Assembly: GCA_040954595.2 (NCBI GenBank)
Contig: CM082597.2
Location: 2,122,735 to 2,186,734, forward strand
Length of the DNA: 64,000 bases
Origin: Balanoglossus misakiensis
Lineage: Eukaryota; Animalia; Hemichordata
Reading direction: 5' to 3'
Within the stretch, counting starts at the first letter, position 1. The number at the start of each line of letters is the position of its first letter. Position numbers and translations under genes: made by a program. Shown here in pieces: positions 33,028 through 46,101 of this stretch. The notes below the pieces were generated by a model. It was not told where the DNA came from, made no database searches, and saw nothing but the letters and a program-made list of their open reading frames with translations.

Positions 33028-36000
33028 GTTTCCGAAAAGAATAGACTTTCACAAAATGCAATCTGCTCCGACTACTGAAGAAGACACTTAACACCAGGCC
33101 AGAACAAATTATGTCTTATATAGTCACTGCACCCATACCTATTCATCAAATTGTCTTATTTATTAAAAGTGAAAAGAGACAAGCGATCTGCACGATCATT
33201 TATTTTCGGACATCTGGAGGTATTTTGTCCGCACCTGTTTAATAGTTTATGCAAAAATATTCTCCCTAGCGGTGTAATGATTTATTTCCCTGTGCGTTTT
33301 AGAAGAAATTAAAAGCAATGCCTTTATACATGTATTTTTACATTTCGTTCCAGTGTATTGAAACAATGACAAGACTAGCTGATACAAGAAACTACAGTTG
33401 GCACACAGCTCAAAATACTGAAAAGACCAATTTGGAAACTTACAGATATCTCGGGGATACGCACAAGGAGAGCGCCTCAAGCGACGGTTTTCAGCAGTGC
33501 ACAACATATGCTGGTAAGTACAATGTAGTCCGCTTCCACTAATCCATTAAATAAATTTCAAACAGTGGATTTATTTAGACGAATGCTACAGCAGGTTATA
33601 ATTCCAGTCTTCGACAAAATGATTTTATGTAACAAGAACTAAAAGACGTGAAGTACATGTCGTAGGTGATCTATTAGGTAAATCGTGAGGAAGGGACTAA
33701 CAAACGAAAGAAACGGACACTAGGGTCGCTTGGAGAAGAGTATGTAGGATAACTATCTTAGGGGTGCTTCTGACCCACTTAACTCCGTCAGAGAATCCGA
33801 TGACTTCATTGCGCAATCGCAGATTACAATTGTCACTAGTGCGTTTAACTATCAGCACGTAATATCTCGTCGAAGTAGACACCGTATTGTCAATAACAAT
33901 CGCCCTGTCAAATATTGAGGAAAAAATCGATCGACTTTACATCGATCGTTATTCGTATCACTGGATGTCTCCTGTAAACTAAAGTCTTGTTTTTGTGGAC
34001 TTTGACTGCCATACATTTGAGGTCGTAGCGCAGTGAAGCCGCGGGATTTAGTGAGCTCATATAAAGTAATATAAAGTAATTCCAACGTCAAACTTTCCGA
34101 AATAATTCCATCATCACCACAATCTATCATTCTGTAAAATCAATCCAGGACGGGGTTCACATATGCTCCTCGACGAAATAATTTCATAGCCCCTAACAAC
34201 TCAACAAAACATTGCAGAACATTTAGTGTGAAATGACCCGTGTGTGTTAGCACATGGCCCACTGCCCCGGAGCCTAGGATTTCGTCTGTCGTCAGATGAT
34301 GAACAAGTGATTGTTATTACTTTATGTCATGCAGTGCCCTGATCTCGCTGCAGTTTTATGACACGTGCTTTCAAAGACAGTGTAGTTACACCTGGGATAA
34401 ACGCTTGTGGTTTAGTAGTTTTCAGACTGCCTTGGTACAGGGACTATGTAATGTCAACATCGAAGTGTTTAACCTTGTCAAGGACGATAACATACTTGTA
34501 TTGAACTGCAAATTTAATTTCGCGGCATTAAGAGAGCAATATACCAAAATTCGCAATTGCCACAAATCTTGGTTAATGCTGACCGCTGTGGCATGCGTGC
34601 CACATGTGAGTCGCTTTTTGTAAATAATAATATAACCAGAAGGAAACGCCCAAATCATTGATCGTACAATTGTTCGAACTGCTGTAATATTCTTGCATGG
34701 TTTATTGTTCGTGTTTTCCCCGCTGGGGGCCACAATTTCTGCATAGTAGTAAACACAAGAGGATAATTCCCGGATATTGCCGATTGCCAATTGAACCAAT
34801 CGGATATTGTTAACCAACCGATCAGTATGTCCTAGTGGATCCTGTCCTGTCGTGACGCGATTTCGCCCATTGTCTGCCTCCCGGCTATGTCCGACAGACC
34901 ATTAAATACTTTACAGCAAGTTTATCTGGAAAATATTGCGATTTCCCATTGTTGATCGATACAAACACGGATGTACTCAATGGGTCTACTTGAGCGTGTC
35001 GAGTCCGTGTTTAGTAATATTTGAAATTGGCCCTTGACTGGCGAAGATAAGACCAACCATATTTGACGATAAGGTTCTCGAACACACGTACTGATCTCGA
35101 TGATAAAATCCGTTTATTTTGCCGAAAATAACACGGCGCAGTGTCATGTATTGGGGAAAAATAAGAAATGTTATTTGTATATATAAACAATGGCCTTAGT
35201 TACTACGCTAAATATTATAATACAACCACACGATTTGTCTCCAAAACCCCTCGCGAGCCACCGTCCGACGACCAGCATATCTGATTACTCTGATCATTAT
35301 GCTGACGTCATCATCCGGGATCCTGATATAGCTCTGTAGTCAGGGAAAATCGGGGACTTTCCCTCGCCGGGTTATTATAATGCGATACAATATGATAGTG
35401 CCGATGGAACAGCTGCTGTTGCCTACACATATCAATTATTTAAAATAAAAATAATCTGCAATTGTATTCGGCATGGTACAAATATCAAGACATATTGGTT
35501 CCTTATTTTAAAAAAATCCGCTAACAGATATGTCAGATGCAGAAAGGGCATTTACTGGATAGATGTTCCCCGTTGCCATTGGCGACGAATTGAATTATAT
35601 GTCAGCTTTACAAGAAAATATATCTCGCTGTTCTTCCTCTTAATAAATAATCCATCACGATTAATCCATACTCACTATAGACACTAAAATCGAAACCTAC
35701 TAGTACTAAACCCCAATAAATTATGAAATGGCAAAAATGAAGAGTCGTGTGATATTAAAACTCGGAAATGATAAGCGAAATTCTGTGTTAGCCGGGAAAT
35801 GAATTTAGCTATATTTTGCATTAAGTTCCGAATCGGAAATGTACATTGTGCATCATGATGTATGTCGTTGTGCCCCTATGGCTACTGAATTCTAGGGTGT
35901 GCTTCAAATCCAGTTAAAAGATTTTCTGAACTCCAGACGAATTAATGTCGTGGATATTCACGTGACATTTACGTTATGCTGAAACAAAACCCCTCAGTTT

Positions 36001-37106
36001 GTCTCGTGGTTATGAAGTCACATGTCTATTTTTGGTTAATGATATTATGCGTTACTGCAATTTCTAACTAGGCCATGCCGCAAATTTATTGGTAAATGTA
36101 TGACCGGTATTTTAAAAAATGTCCTTGCCCTTTGGTACCCTACAGTCTTTGGCAAACATTTTGGGCATCCCGGGGTCCCGATAGACATTATCATTTATAA
36201 TTTGCAGACATACAAAGATTAACTTTAGATACCAGCCGGTTGAAGTTTGAACTTTTCCCTGCTCACGTGTTTCCGATGGCAATTGTCCATAATTAATTAA
36301 GTCATGATAGTCAAGTTATTAACTCGGTGCTCTATTTAAGCACGCCCCATCGTGTGCGTTAATTCTCCAGTAAAGTTTGTTTTCGTACATGTATTTAACC
36401 CTATCCTCTGACTATTAGATTCGACGAATTGTCTTGTGCAGCGCACTGTACATTTGTATTCATACAGTGGCCTTTTCTTCAGACGGTTCAGGGATTTTCA
36501 CAACAATGCGACGTTCCGGGTTAGATCAGGACAATAGATAGATCCGGTACATCTTGTTACGTATTACAGACTGGTGTAATCGGCGACAAGGCACCGATCG
36601 ATTTAGCGGGTGACCCGAAGTTGCATGGGTCACCACTGGAGTGACCGTGGTTTAACCTTGCCGTGCAATGCTGTGGCAAGCTCGATTTTTTTTACCTTTC
36701 CTCCAGTTCAGTTGAAATCACCCTCCGAGTCGTGCGTATCGATTACAGATAAACACGATAACATGAAAATCAATCAGTCATAGCTGATATATTTATAAGA
36801 CTACCACACGACGGTATTCCGGGTGCACGGCGTTTCTACGAACGCCGGATGGAACCATTCATGCAAAGGGGTGGTCAGCCCGCGCGCTATTCCCGTGTTG
36901 TTTACCTGCCTCGATAGGAATTCGCATTACCATAATTTGTGGTATAAAGTGTTTGATCCCGGCACGTCGCTGAGTCAGACACGAAGCAAAGTTAGCGGCC
37001 GGGACACACGACGCACAGTCAGTACCACACCGCGGGTAATTTTGTCAACTACAACGGGTGATTCGTAGGACACGCGTGGTGTTACCATCATCAGTACAGA
37101 ATCATC

Positions 37107-40100
37107 ATGGCAGAAGGTGGCGCAACGAACAACGGTAAGTAGAAAATTTTGGCTTTTTTATTTCTTGAGATGTGCAAGTTTTGCTCTTATATTTGTCTCC
37201 GTTCCTCCAATGTGACAGTTGCGAAAAATGCGTGATTTTGTTGTCATGTCACAGAGTTCCCCTTTTCTCGGACTTGCAATCATCAACTTAAAACAAATAT
37301 TGTGCCAAGTTCCGAGCAAAAAACGTTCAACTCCCAGAGTCCAATTTGTTGCCATGACGTTTTCTTTATCGCGCCTTATTGTTGCCTTTCACATCCCCTT
37401 TTGTCTACTTTTGTCATTTTCACTACATAACTACCATAACTATGCGTAACTAATCACAACCATCCCGAAACAAAATAACGTCTCAAACGTGTCATGTGTC
37501 ATTTTGGATTTACTTGTGTGAAGTACGATTTTATCCATGATACACTGATTGACTTCATAGCAAAGAGGGACGCTTACGCGGAACTTACGGGTGTCCAACT
37601 GAACCGAGGCAAATTGACGATAGAATGAAAATAATACAAAGTACTTCTATTGCGCTACATCCATGTAACGTATTATATAGGCCTAAATCTTCAACCGCAG
37701 ACTATATTGAAAACAGTTTCTTCGAGTGTTTGAAGTAGTACAAGGCCGACAACAAAACCTAACAACACATTTTGGAAGTATTCCAAATATGAATCACCCA
37801 ACAAAGCAAGAAAAAATAAAATTGCAAATTTATTATTGTGTTCATCGGAATAAGCGAGTAATTACGTACCAGAGTATAAACACAAACGTAATCAATCACG
37901 TGGTTTGCCTAGCGGCGCAGGAATTTGTGGGAAGTTGCCAGACGTGGTCAGCTATGGTGGCTGCATTATGCGTTGAGAATACTGCGAATTTACGAACGAA
38001 TCCGGGATGAAATCCGGTATCCGGGTTCAATATCCTTGTTCATGCGATTGAACCGGAACGTTGTGGTTATTATGCCGGCACTGTCAACTGCAGCGGTTGT
38101 CCGTCGTCATAGCAACGACGTTGGCGTAATTTACTGACTGCCACGATGCAGAAGGTGGATATATACTAGTTTTATCTGTCGCGGAACGAAAATACTCGAT
38201 ACATTTCCAGCGCTTCTGATGGGATATTGTTATGTATTAAAAAGAGGCAAAACATCGTACCGAAACTGACATGCTTATTTTTGTAGATATTAATATTATA
38301 TCTAAATATAGTTCAAAACGGTGCGATGACGTCGTGCAAAATATCGCATTTCCCCTTATTTTCCCCAGTCGCCACACGCAAGCGCAGTACGTTACTTACT
38401 GCAGACCCGGACACGAGTTATTTGCATAAGAATACGCTTTGCCTAGGGTCCGCTGTTTGAACTCGCTTATCCGGTTCAGTCTCTTGTCAAGGTTGTCTAT
38501 TGTCGCGCCGATAGGCTCGTTCCGAAAACATCCATTCCTATCTATGTGTTTCAGGTGGCACATTTACATAACTCTGTCAAATGACAGTATCACCTGTCGG
38601 TTATTAACACCCCGTATAGGAAACAATCGATGTCATCTGCCAGGCCGTATGGCGCCTCCACAAGCCAAAGATGTACATTGTACAAACTTTCGTTTTCACT
38701 AACATAGTACAATCCTGTACAAAACGCAACCACTGGTTTGAAGAATTTTTCGGCTACATTCTGTGTGTGGACCATGTTTCAAACATATATGTCTACTTTT
38801 GATTACATATCAGTCATTGTACTTGGTCCAACTCTCATGAAAATGGTGCCATCTATAACACTCGTAACTTTTCCCTATAGATTTTCCCCAAGAAACTGAT
38901 GTGTTGTACTTTTCTTTGCTGTAGCTTTCGCGGAAGAGGAACAGGCACGACTCGATGCTCGAACACCGCCTCCCTCCTATCCGGGCACCCCAAATAACTT
39001 CACACGCAAACTGCACCAAGAGAATGCAGAGGAAAAGACCGGACCGCCGCCGCAAGCACAGCCGGTCGTGATGCCCGAGAAGGCGGGACCTCCAACATCA
39101 TTTGTCGAGGTTCCTATGACCATGATGATACCTGGAGCACTTCAATATGGCGATCCTTACAAGGTATGGGGGCGATCTATAGTCTTGTTATTCTAACAGC
39201 TAACCCAGCACGTCTCCTCTTCTGGTAGGTTAATATTCCACCCCACCCCTGCTCCATACACTAGCTTTCGGCAAAATGTCAAAACACCATGTGCATGAAT
39301 ATATTGTAGGATTAAATACATCCAGTTAGGTGTAGGCAGACCCGCTGATAAAAATTTCACATCTGTCTGTATGTCTGTCTGTCTGTCTATCTATCTGTCT
39401 GTCTGTCCGATTCCATAAAGTTTGCCTGTCTTAGTTGTCACCGTGATGTCTCTTGATTGAATGACACTGTCACAACAATACACAGACAAACACACATGCA
39501 AACGAACCCACCAACACGCCCTGCTTGGCTGTAATAACCCACCCCGTCGTTGTAATGCATGTATGTAGAGGTAATCCAACTAGGCTATATGTGTGTCCTT
39601 GGTTTCTGACAGATTCAGTTTCCGCAGGGCCAGAACGTCACCGTCATCGACAGCAAGGAGAGCGGGAAAGAACCAGTCAAGAAAGGGAAGCCGACATGCT
39701 GTGACATCTTCACTCTGATTGTGGCCATTGCAGCCTGTTTCATGTTCTTTCCACTCGGCATACCAGCTTTGGTTCTGTCTAGCCTGGTAAGAATTTAAGA
39801 ATTCGGTGTATTATTGTTGTTGTTGTTAGTGTTGTTTTCATAATTAGTTTTATTCAAATTTGCATCGTTGTTGCAAAAGCAGTACGGTGCAATACAGTAA
39901 AATACAACGAGAGACAAAACAGATCATAAAACAATATTTATTTATTTATTCATGGATTGATTGATTGATTGATGTTTTGTATCTTCAACCAGGCTATCCA
40001 CCATAAGAAGAACAATCGCACTGAAAAGGGCAGCAAATTCACCAAGATCTCAATCGTCTTGTCCATCATCGCCATTTTCCTTTTCGTCGTCTTGGTGGCG

Positions 40101-40301
40101 ACCTACGGCGCCCGCAAAGACGACAGCCTGGAAGACTGTGGCGACAACTGCAACTCCACTTCCGGTGGCAACAGCGCCCCCTTCTGGGACTCCGGCGAAA
40201 GCAAGAACGCCGCTACTGATCGTTACGACGACGATATGGATCCAGACAATGACGCCCACGAGGAGACCGATAACCACGCTGATAACATAGAACCGTGGTA
40301 G
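37107..40301 (+). CDS. CD225/dispanin-family membrane protein (PRRT/SynDIG1/IFITM-like)
   Basis: Exons 37107-37134, 38925-39163 (Pro-rich, TPPPSY), 39613-39786 (TCCDIFTLIVAIAACFMFFPLGIPALVLS) and 39993-40301 (second hydrophobic helix ISIVLSIIAIFLFVVLVATY, then an acidic tail). The 'C..F.PLGI.A...S' segment and the intron directly after it match CD225 domains. Confidence 0.78.
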
Positions 40302-43300
40302 GCAGCAGGAAGAAAAGAAGACGACAAATCGAAGTCCTACGCTTCACGCCCTCAGTGGCGGTTACGCACATAATCATGAATTGGACGTCAGTAGAGCTTT
40401 GCATATATCAGGTTGCTGGATTTTCTATTCTAGTTATGTTTATTTTATTCCTTCTTTTATTCGACGTGTTCTGAAATGTTATAAGCTTACAGTGACCAGA
40501 TTTTAAAAAATCATACATATGTGCGCATTTCGAAAATTCTCGGCACATTTTCTGGAGAGGTTGAACTAATAACGTGACTATTTAGAATATCACGTATAAC
40601 GTACTAGAAAATTTTTAATATATTTTAAGAAAACAATATGAAATGAGAATTGAGGAATCGTCAATCGAAAATTGCAGTCAATTAACAAAAACGCACATAT
40701 TCGTTCATATTAATCAAGTATGTAAATCAATACGCGAGAATGAGAGAGAGAGATATCATTTGACTGACCACCTCGCCACCTCTCTGGATTATACCATTCT
40801 GATTTAGGGAGGGTCAAGGGGTACTAGGGTGAGTGTGCAAAGGGTAACAGTGTGATATATCGTGCTGTGTATTGTTTCAACCATATATTTACCGTTTAGA
40901 TTTTTGTGTGACGTAATAGTGCTCTCAAAATGCTGACTTAGTAATAAAATGGCTGCAGGGTTAATGCTAACTCAAGTTGGGCTTTACTGCTGCGTACGGT
41001 GTGAGTCTCTTTCATTTTTAGACGCAACTGAAAATTCAACTAAAGCAAAAAATCTCGACCCATTGCCATGGCGACTAATTTTTTTATATAAAAAAATAAA
41101 ATCCCAAATAACGAGAGTTAAGCGTTTCTTTTTGTATATAACATATTTTTTTAACATTTACAATGTGCTTTCTTCGACTTTTAGGGATATTTAAATACCA
41201 AGTCACTAAATACCTTCTTACCCATTATTTACATGTTATTCGTTTTAACACACTTGGCTGTATGTGTATGCTATTGTCACGGTGTAAATGATGATAATCA
41301 CAGAAACTGAGTTTCAATAAAAACCTGTACATTGTACATAGATTAACTTACCCCTTGCCTCTCATGGTAAATATATGAATCCGCGTGTATTGTAGATGAT
41401 CTCGTGGTAATTTCAGTTGAGACATAATTCACCCATAAACCAGTAGTGTCCTTGAAACACTTTTGTTTTGAACGACGTAACAAACATAAAATTTCGACAA
41501 ACGTCGAAATGCTTCGTTCAAGAGTGCAACGTGTCCTGGTGTAAACGAAGTAAATCATATATTGTGATACCAACCTGTTTGAGGGCGCTGACACCGTTGG
41601 CGAGTCTCTGGTATCAGGCAAAACAGCAGATTTTGAACAAATGGTATGCGTTCAAGTTAACTTTAGTCTTTATTTAAAAGGATGGCGTTTGTTACGTCTT
41701 CTGTGACAGAAGAATGGGGAGACTTTTCAAATGATGGAGGCATTCAACAAACAAATTATGGTCTTATTAAACCGATCGCGAGTATATTAGTTTGCGTTCT
41801 TTGATCGCACTATTTATAGCCGACTTTGTTGGCGCAAGATTGTATTGATCATCGTGTTTCCGAACGACCACTAAATATTATAGACTCGCGGCAAACACAA
41901 GCGATCACACAAAACAATATTATTTCAAGGCCAACTATTATTAGACTATTATAACAACGAAAATACAAGGACGCGTTTTAGAAGCAGGAAATTTGCTTCT
42001 TTATAGAGCAGGAAGTCGTGAAATTCAAACCCCGGTTTGTCCACTGCGCAAGTGCAAGATCAACACTGCCTGCGCGCGCACTAAATCTTGAATCTGCCAA
42101 AACGAGTTAGCGAACGATTTCATTACATGATTACAGTCATCTGCAACTTAGGCAAGTCAAACGGAAAGTATGCCACGGCGACAGCGTAGTAAATTACCAA
42201 TGTAGCGATATTTATGAACCATATTTTGCTGGCATGTTGCCAAATCTTAGAACTCCCTGTAAAAAAAGACCGATAGTCACCGAGCCCGTTCTGACGTCCG
42301 AACAAACTAACGAATGACGTAACGGGGTACATGTTGCACCGTTTCCCGGTGTTTACACTATAAAAGAGCTATACACATTTAGCAACCTTTAAATCTATAG
42401 AATTCTTGTAAAAATTATTAACTGCCTCATGTTGATCTACCAGTCGATGCGCCTGATTGTCGGGTATGTTTGAGTGAATATAAATATTTCAATGCAAACC
42501 GGAAAAACTGCGGAGTGATAATTGATTTTCGCTGCTCGGCACGTAGAACTTGATACGGTCAAATTGACGCAGTTGTTGCCAGGGATTCGCCAACTCTCAG
42601 TTCGGAATGAATAGCGAGAGAAAGGCGATAATTTTGTGAGTTTTTTTGTAGCACGTTTTATATGAGCAGATCACTTGATGGCAATGAACGCGTTTCAACA
42701 AAACGCGGACTCTTATTTTATGTGCATAGCGCGATGCATATACATAATGCATTAGAGGAACAGTAACCATGGGAATTATTAATTCTCCTTTCTAAATGTT
42801 TAATTATCGCCCCCTATTCCCACTTCGCACCGACGGATGACAGCTGCTAAATCTTGCAACTTAGGACACCCCTCTATAATTATCTAGCTAATCTAGCAAG
42901 AAATCTCGATTAATTTCGATAAAATTCGAAGATGGGCAAATCCATCATCGCCATGTTCCATTTGCAACAGATGCCTCCAGTTATCATGGTCTCCCATGGC
43001 AACCGATCGAAGTTTCTGAAGCTAATAAGGTTGCCAGGAAACAGGAGGTGGTAGCGTATAGACCCACCAATGAAAAGCGTTGATTCGGTATGGCGTGTGC
43101 TTTTGATAAACAGACCCATATAACAATTTTCATGGGAGATAAAAATAACTAAACGTCCAAAGACAAGATCTTTATCCACTTAAAGCATGTAATTAGAATT
43201 ATACGTACAGTGGATCTTATCATCCCAACTGTTGCTAATCGTTGCTGATTGTCATCCCTTAATGGGTACAGCCGATCTCAATCTAGCGTGACCAATCATA

Positions 43301-45985
43301 CACATAGCATCGACCATCGTTTGCTTTTACGTCACAGGCTTTCAAATGGCCAGTGTGACGTCATAACCACGAGTCTATTTTTAAAACTATTGAGTTATTC
43401 GTGGCGTTGATCTGAAAGGGTAATTGGGTAAGATATTATAATCCACTCGATATATAGTTCATGGCATGGACACCAATATTTCAACACGGTGAAGTATCGT
43501 TACCATTAGCAATTTGTTAGCTAGATATAATACAAACACGAGTGCCTCTCAATTTATTTTCTAACTTTCAAGATTGGCATATTCGTTCTCCAGTCCCTCA
43601 TGCATATGCAAATAATTTAGTCACTTTGCTTGATTACGTGGGCACTTACGCTCGAAAAACTATAGCTATCGTAATGTATTCTATGCCAGTAAATATTGAA
43701 TAAATTCACTGAGTGAATCTGTCATGGTCAGCTTCTAATCAGTCGAGATACAGAAATATCACGTTAACTGAAGATGCAGAATTATATACCGATGCCCTCG
43801 CCTACGTAAAACATGACCAATCAGTTACTCAATGGGGTGTATTTTGATTGAAAAACTGATTTTAAGTAAGATCACGTGCGTCAAATGCATGTTAACAGAC
43901 ATGAGTCACACAGATTGCAGCTACACTTCCAAACTAACAGGGACGTAAACAGGATGTGCTGTTTTAGCCTAGATAGTTTGTTCGACAGTTTTGATGTCAG
44001 TTGGGAAAGGGTGCTGCCAACTACTGTAGGGGTCCCCGCTTGAGTAAGAACAGTAATCTCCAGCAACCTGTGGACAATGTTTTGAGAATTGATCCTTTTC
44101 TGTTTGAAACCAATCTGCAAACAGGTGTTTGAAGAAACGATCACGCACAAACGCAAACAGGTAGCGATCAGGCGTATTTGGATATTTTACGGATGTTATT
44201 TTAGGATAGGATATCGCTTACATAATGACTTTGTTGTGATTGTCAGCTTTCTAATTGTTTCGTCGACCTGATAATTAGCACACTTTGCATGACAATGGCC
44301 ATTGGCTCTGGTTGATGTAACACTATGTGACCATCTCAGATAGTAATTTGTGGGTAATTTTCCGTCGTTATTTTTGAAAATATAGCGGTACCTTTGTGTT
44401 GCCAGAATCAATACAACATCAAGGCCTAGAATTAATTCTTTCTCTCAGAGCCACAGAAGTACATTTAACTAGATTCTTACATTTATGAAACTGTCACTTT
44501 TGTTATGTGTTTACTGATCGATTTCGATGTTCCATCAGTATGCCAAATTAAATTCGCCTATTAGGCAAGGAACACATTATCTGGAACCGGTGGGAAATCA
44601 CGTTGCAGGATAATTAAATTTGTGCCCGCCGATTACCGTGAATGAATTAACTCGACCATGTGCATGCAAGGAAAGTCGAATTTGTCGTAAACTATAGGGG
44701 AACAATTGGGAAACGTTGCAGATAGCAATTTGTTGGTTAGTTGTCGCGTGTTTTGAATGAAATATCGTCATGATGTTAATGGTCTGTGTCGGTGTTTTTG
44801 TTTGAAATCTATCTGCACTTGACCTCCGGGGTCAGGTTCATTTTCGGTTTGAGAAAAGTCACTGACTCGGAAGGGAGTAAAACATCAGCGCGCATCTCAA
44901 CCGACCTTGCATCTGTGGCCCGCTATTAACTAACGCTTGTTCCGATCTACAATACTCTCTGCGCGTGTTCAGGGGTTAATCAAGAAGGACCCCCGAGAAC
45001 CCAATTATTCTGATCTTTAAGAGATGATTATTTGACAAAAGTACGGGGAATGCATATTTCTTGCGGATTATTACTGGAATTTGAATCGAAATCCCACGAG
45101 GGAAATATTGGATAACAAGTACGCTGGTTGCAAAGTGAAGTACAATTTTTGCCTGTGAACATACGCGACTCGAATATGACATCTGACACATTGTGAATGA
45201 ACGCATTTGAGGAATGTCTGCCCCCCCCCCCAACATTCTAGCTTTGGTTGTACAATGTCACTATAAAGACATGCACTCCAGATTAGTCCTGTGTTACATG
45301 TATTCCACAGACAAGCAAATGTACCATACTATAAACTGCCGCAGGTCAAAAAGAATGTGTATATCACGAAACTAGACGTAGAGTAATTTCGCTTTATGTT
45401 CGCAAAATATTGCTGGCAGCTCAATCATTTTTATTGTACGTTTGTTTTCCAGAAAGACGACGTCGTCAATCACAAATAATACTGCTAACTGCTCTTGTGT
45501 CGTATTTTCGGTGGTTAGGGAAGCCCAGTTGAAACGGAATGATACATTCTAGCTGGTTTTGGGGCTCCAGGGAATTTTATTGCAGTGGGGAAAACTGGAG
45601 TCATAATTCATTACATAATTTTAAAGTAAGATTTGTTTCATAGCGAACCATTATAACAGCGCCTGGAGGTGAAATACTCGTGTACTCCGACGCTAAAATT
45701 CCCCTTCTCGTCACAGACAAAAATCTTTTCTTTCACTGTGTTCTCGTTCAGAAAATAGCGTCACGTAGACTGGTTCAGGGAGTTTTTCCCGCGCGTTCCA
45801 CCGGAAACAATTAGCATAAAAATGCAACTTCCAAAACCTAGGGTGTCCGACGACACAAACCACGTTTGACGAGTAGGCGTTCCCGCGCAAAGTATTGAGT
45901 CCTGCCCCCGCGCTCAGACAGCGTCCAATTGCCGGTCGTCTGCATAACAACACACTCTGTCGGCGTTGCTCATTTGTCGAGAAGG

Positions 45986-45993
45986 TATATAAA
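45986..45993 (+). promoter_or_regulatory. TATA box of the Cys-rich secreted peptide gene
   Basis: TATATAAA about 115 bp upstream of ATG 46102, with an upstream CCAAT (~45925) and a GC-rich element. Confidence 0.55.
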
Positions 45994-46101
45994 TCCGTCA
46001 GGTTGGGGCTCGAAACATTCAGAAACGGAGCTACAGCCGAAAGGAACACTTATTTACCCAAAAGCCAAGATTCGGAGATCGCTGCGTGCACGGCCGTGAC
46101 A

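Noticed and set aside
40400-45900. Short ORFs in the intergenic region
   Set aside because: No recognisable domains or coherent splice chain; probably regulatory DNA and old repeat fragments that cannot be classified by eye.
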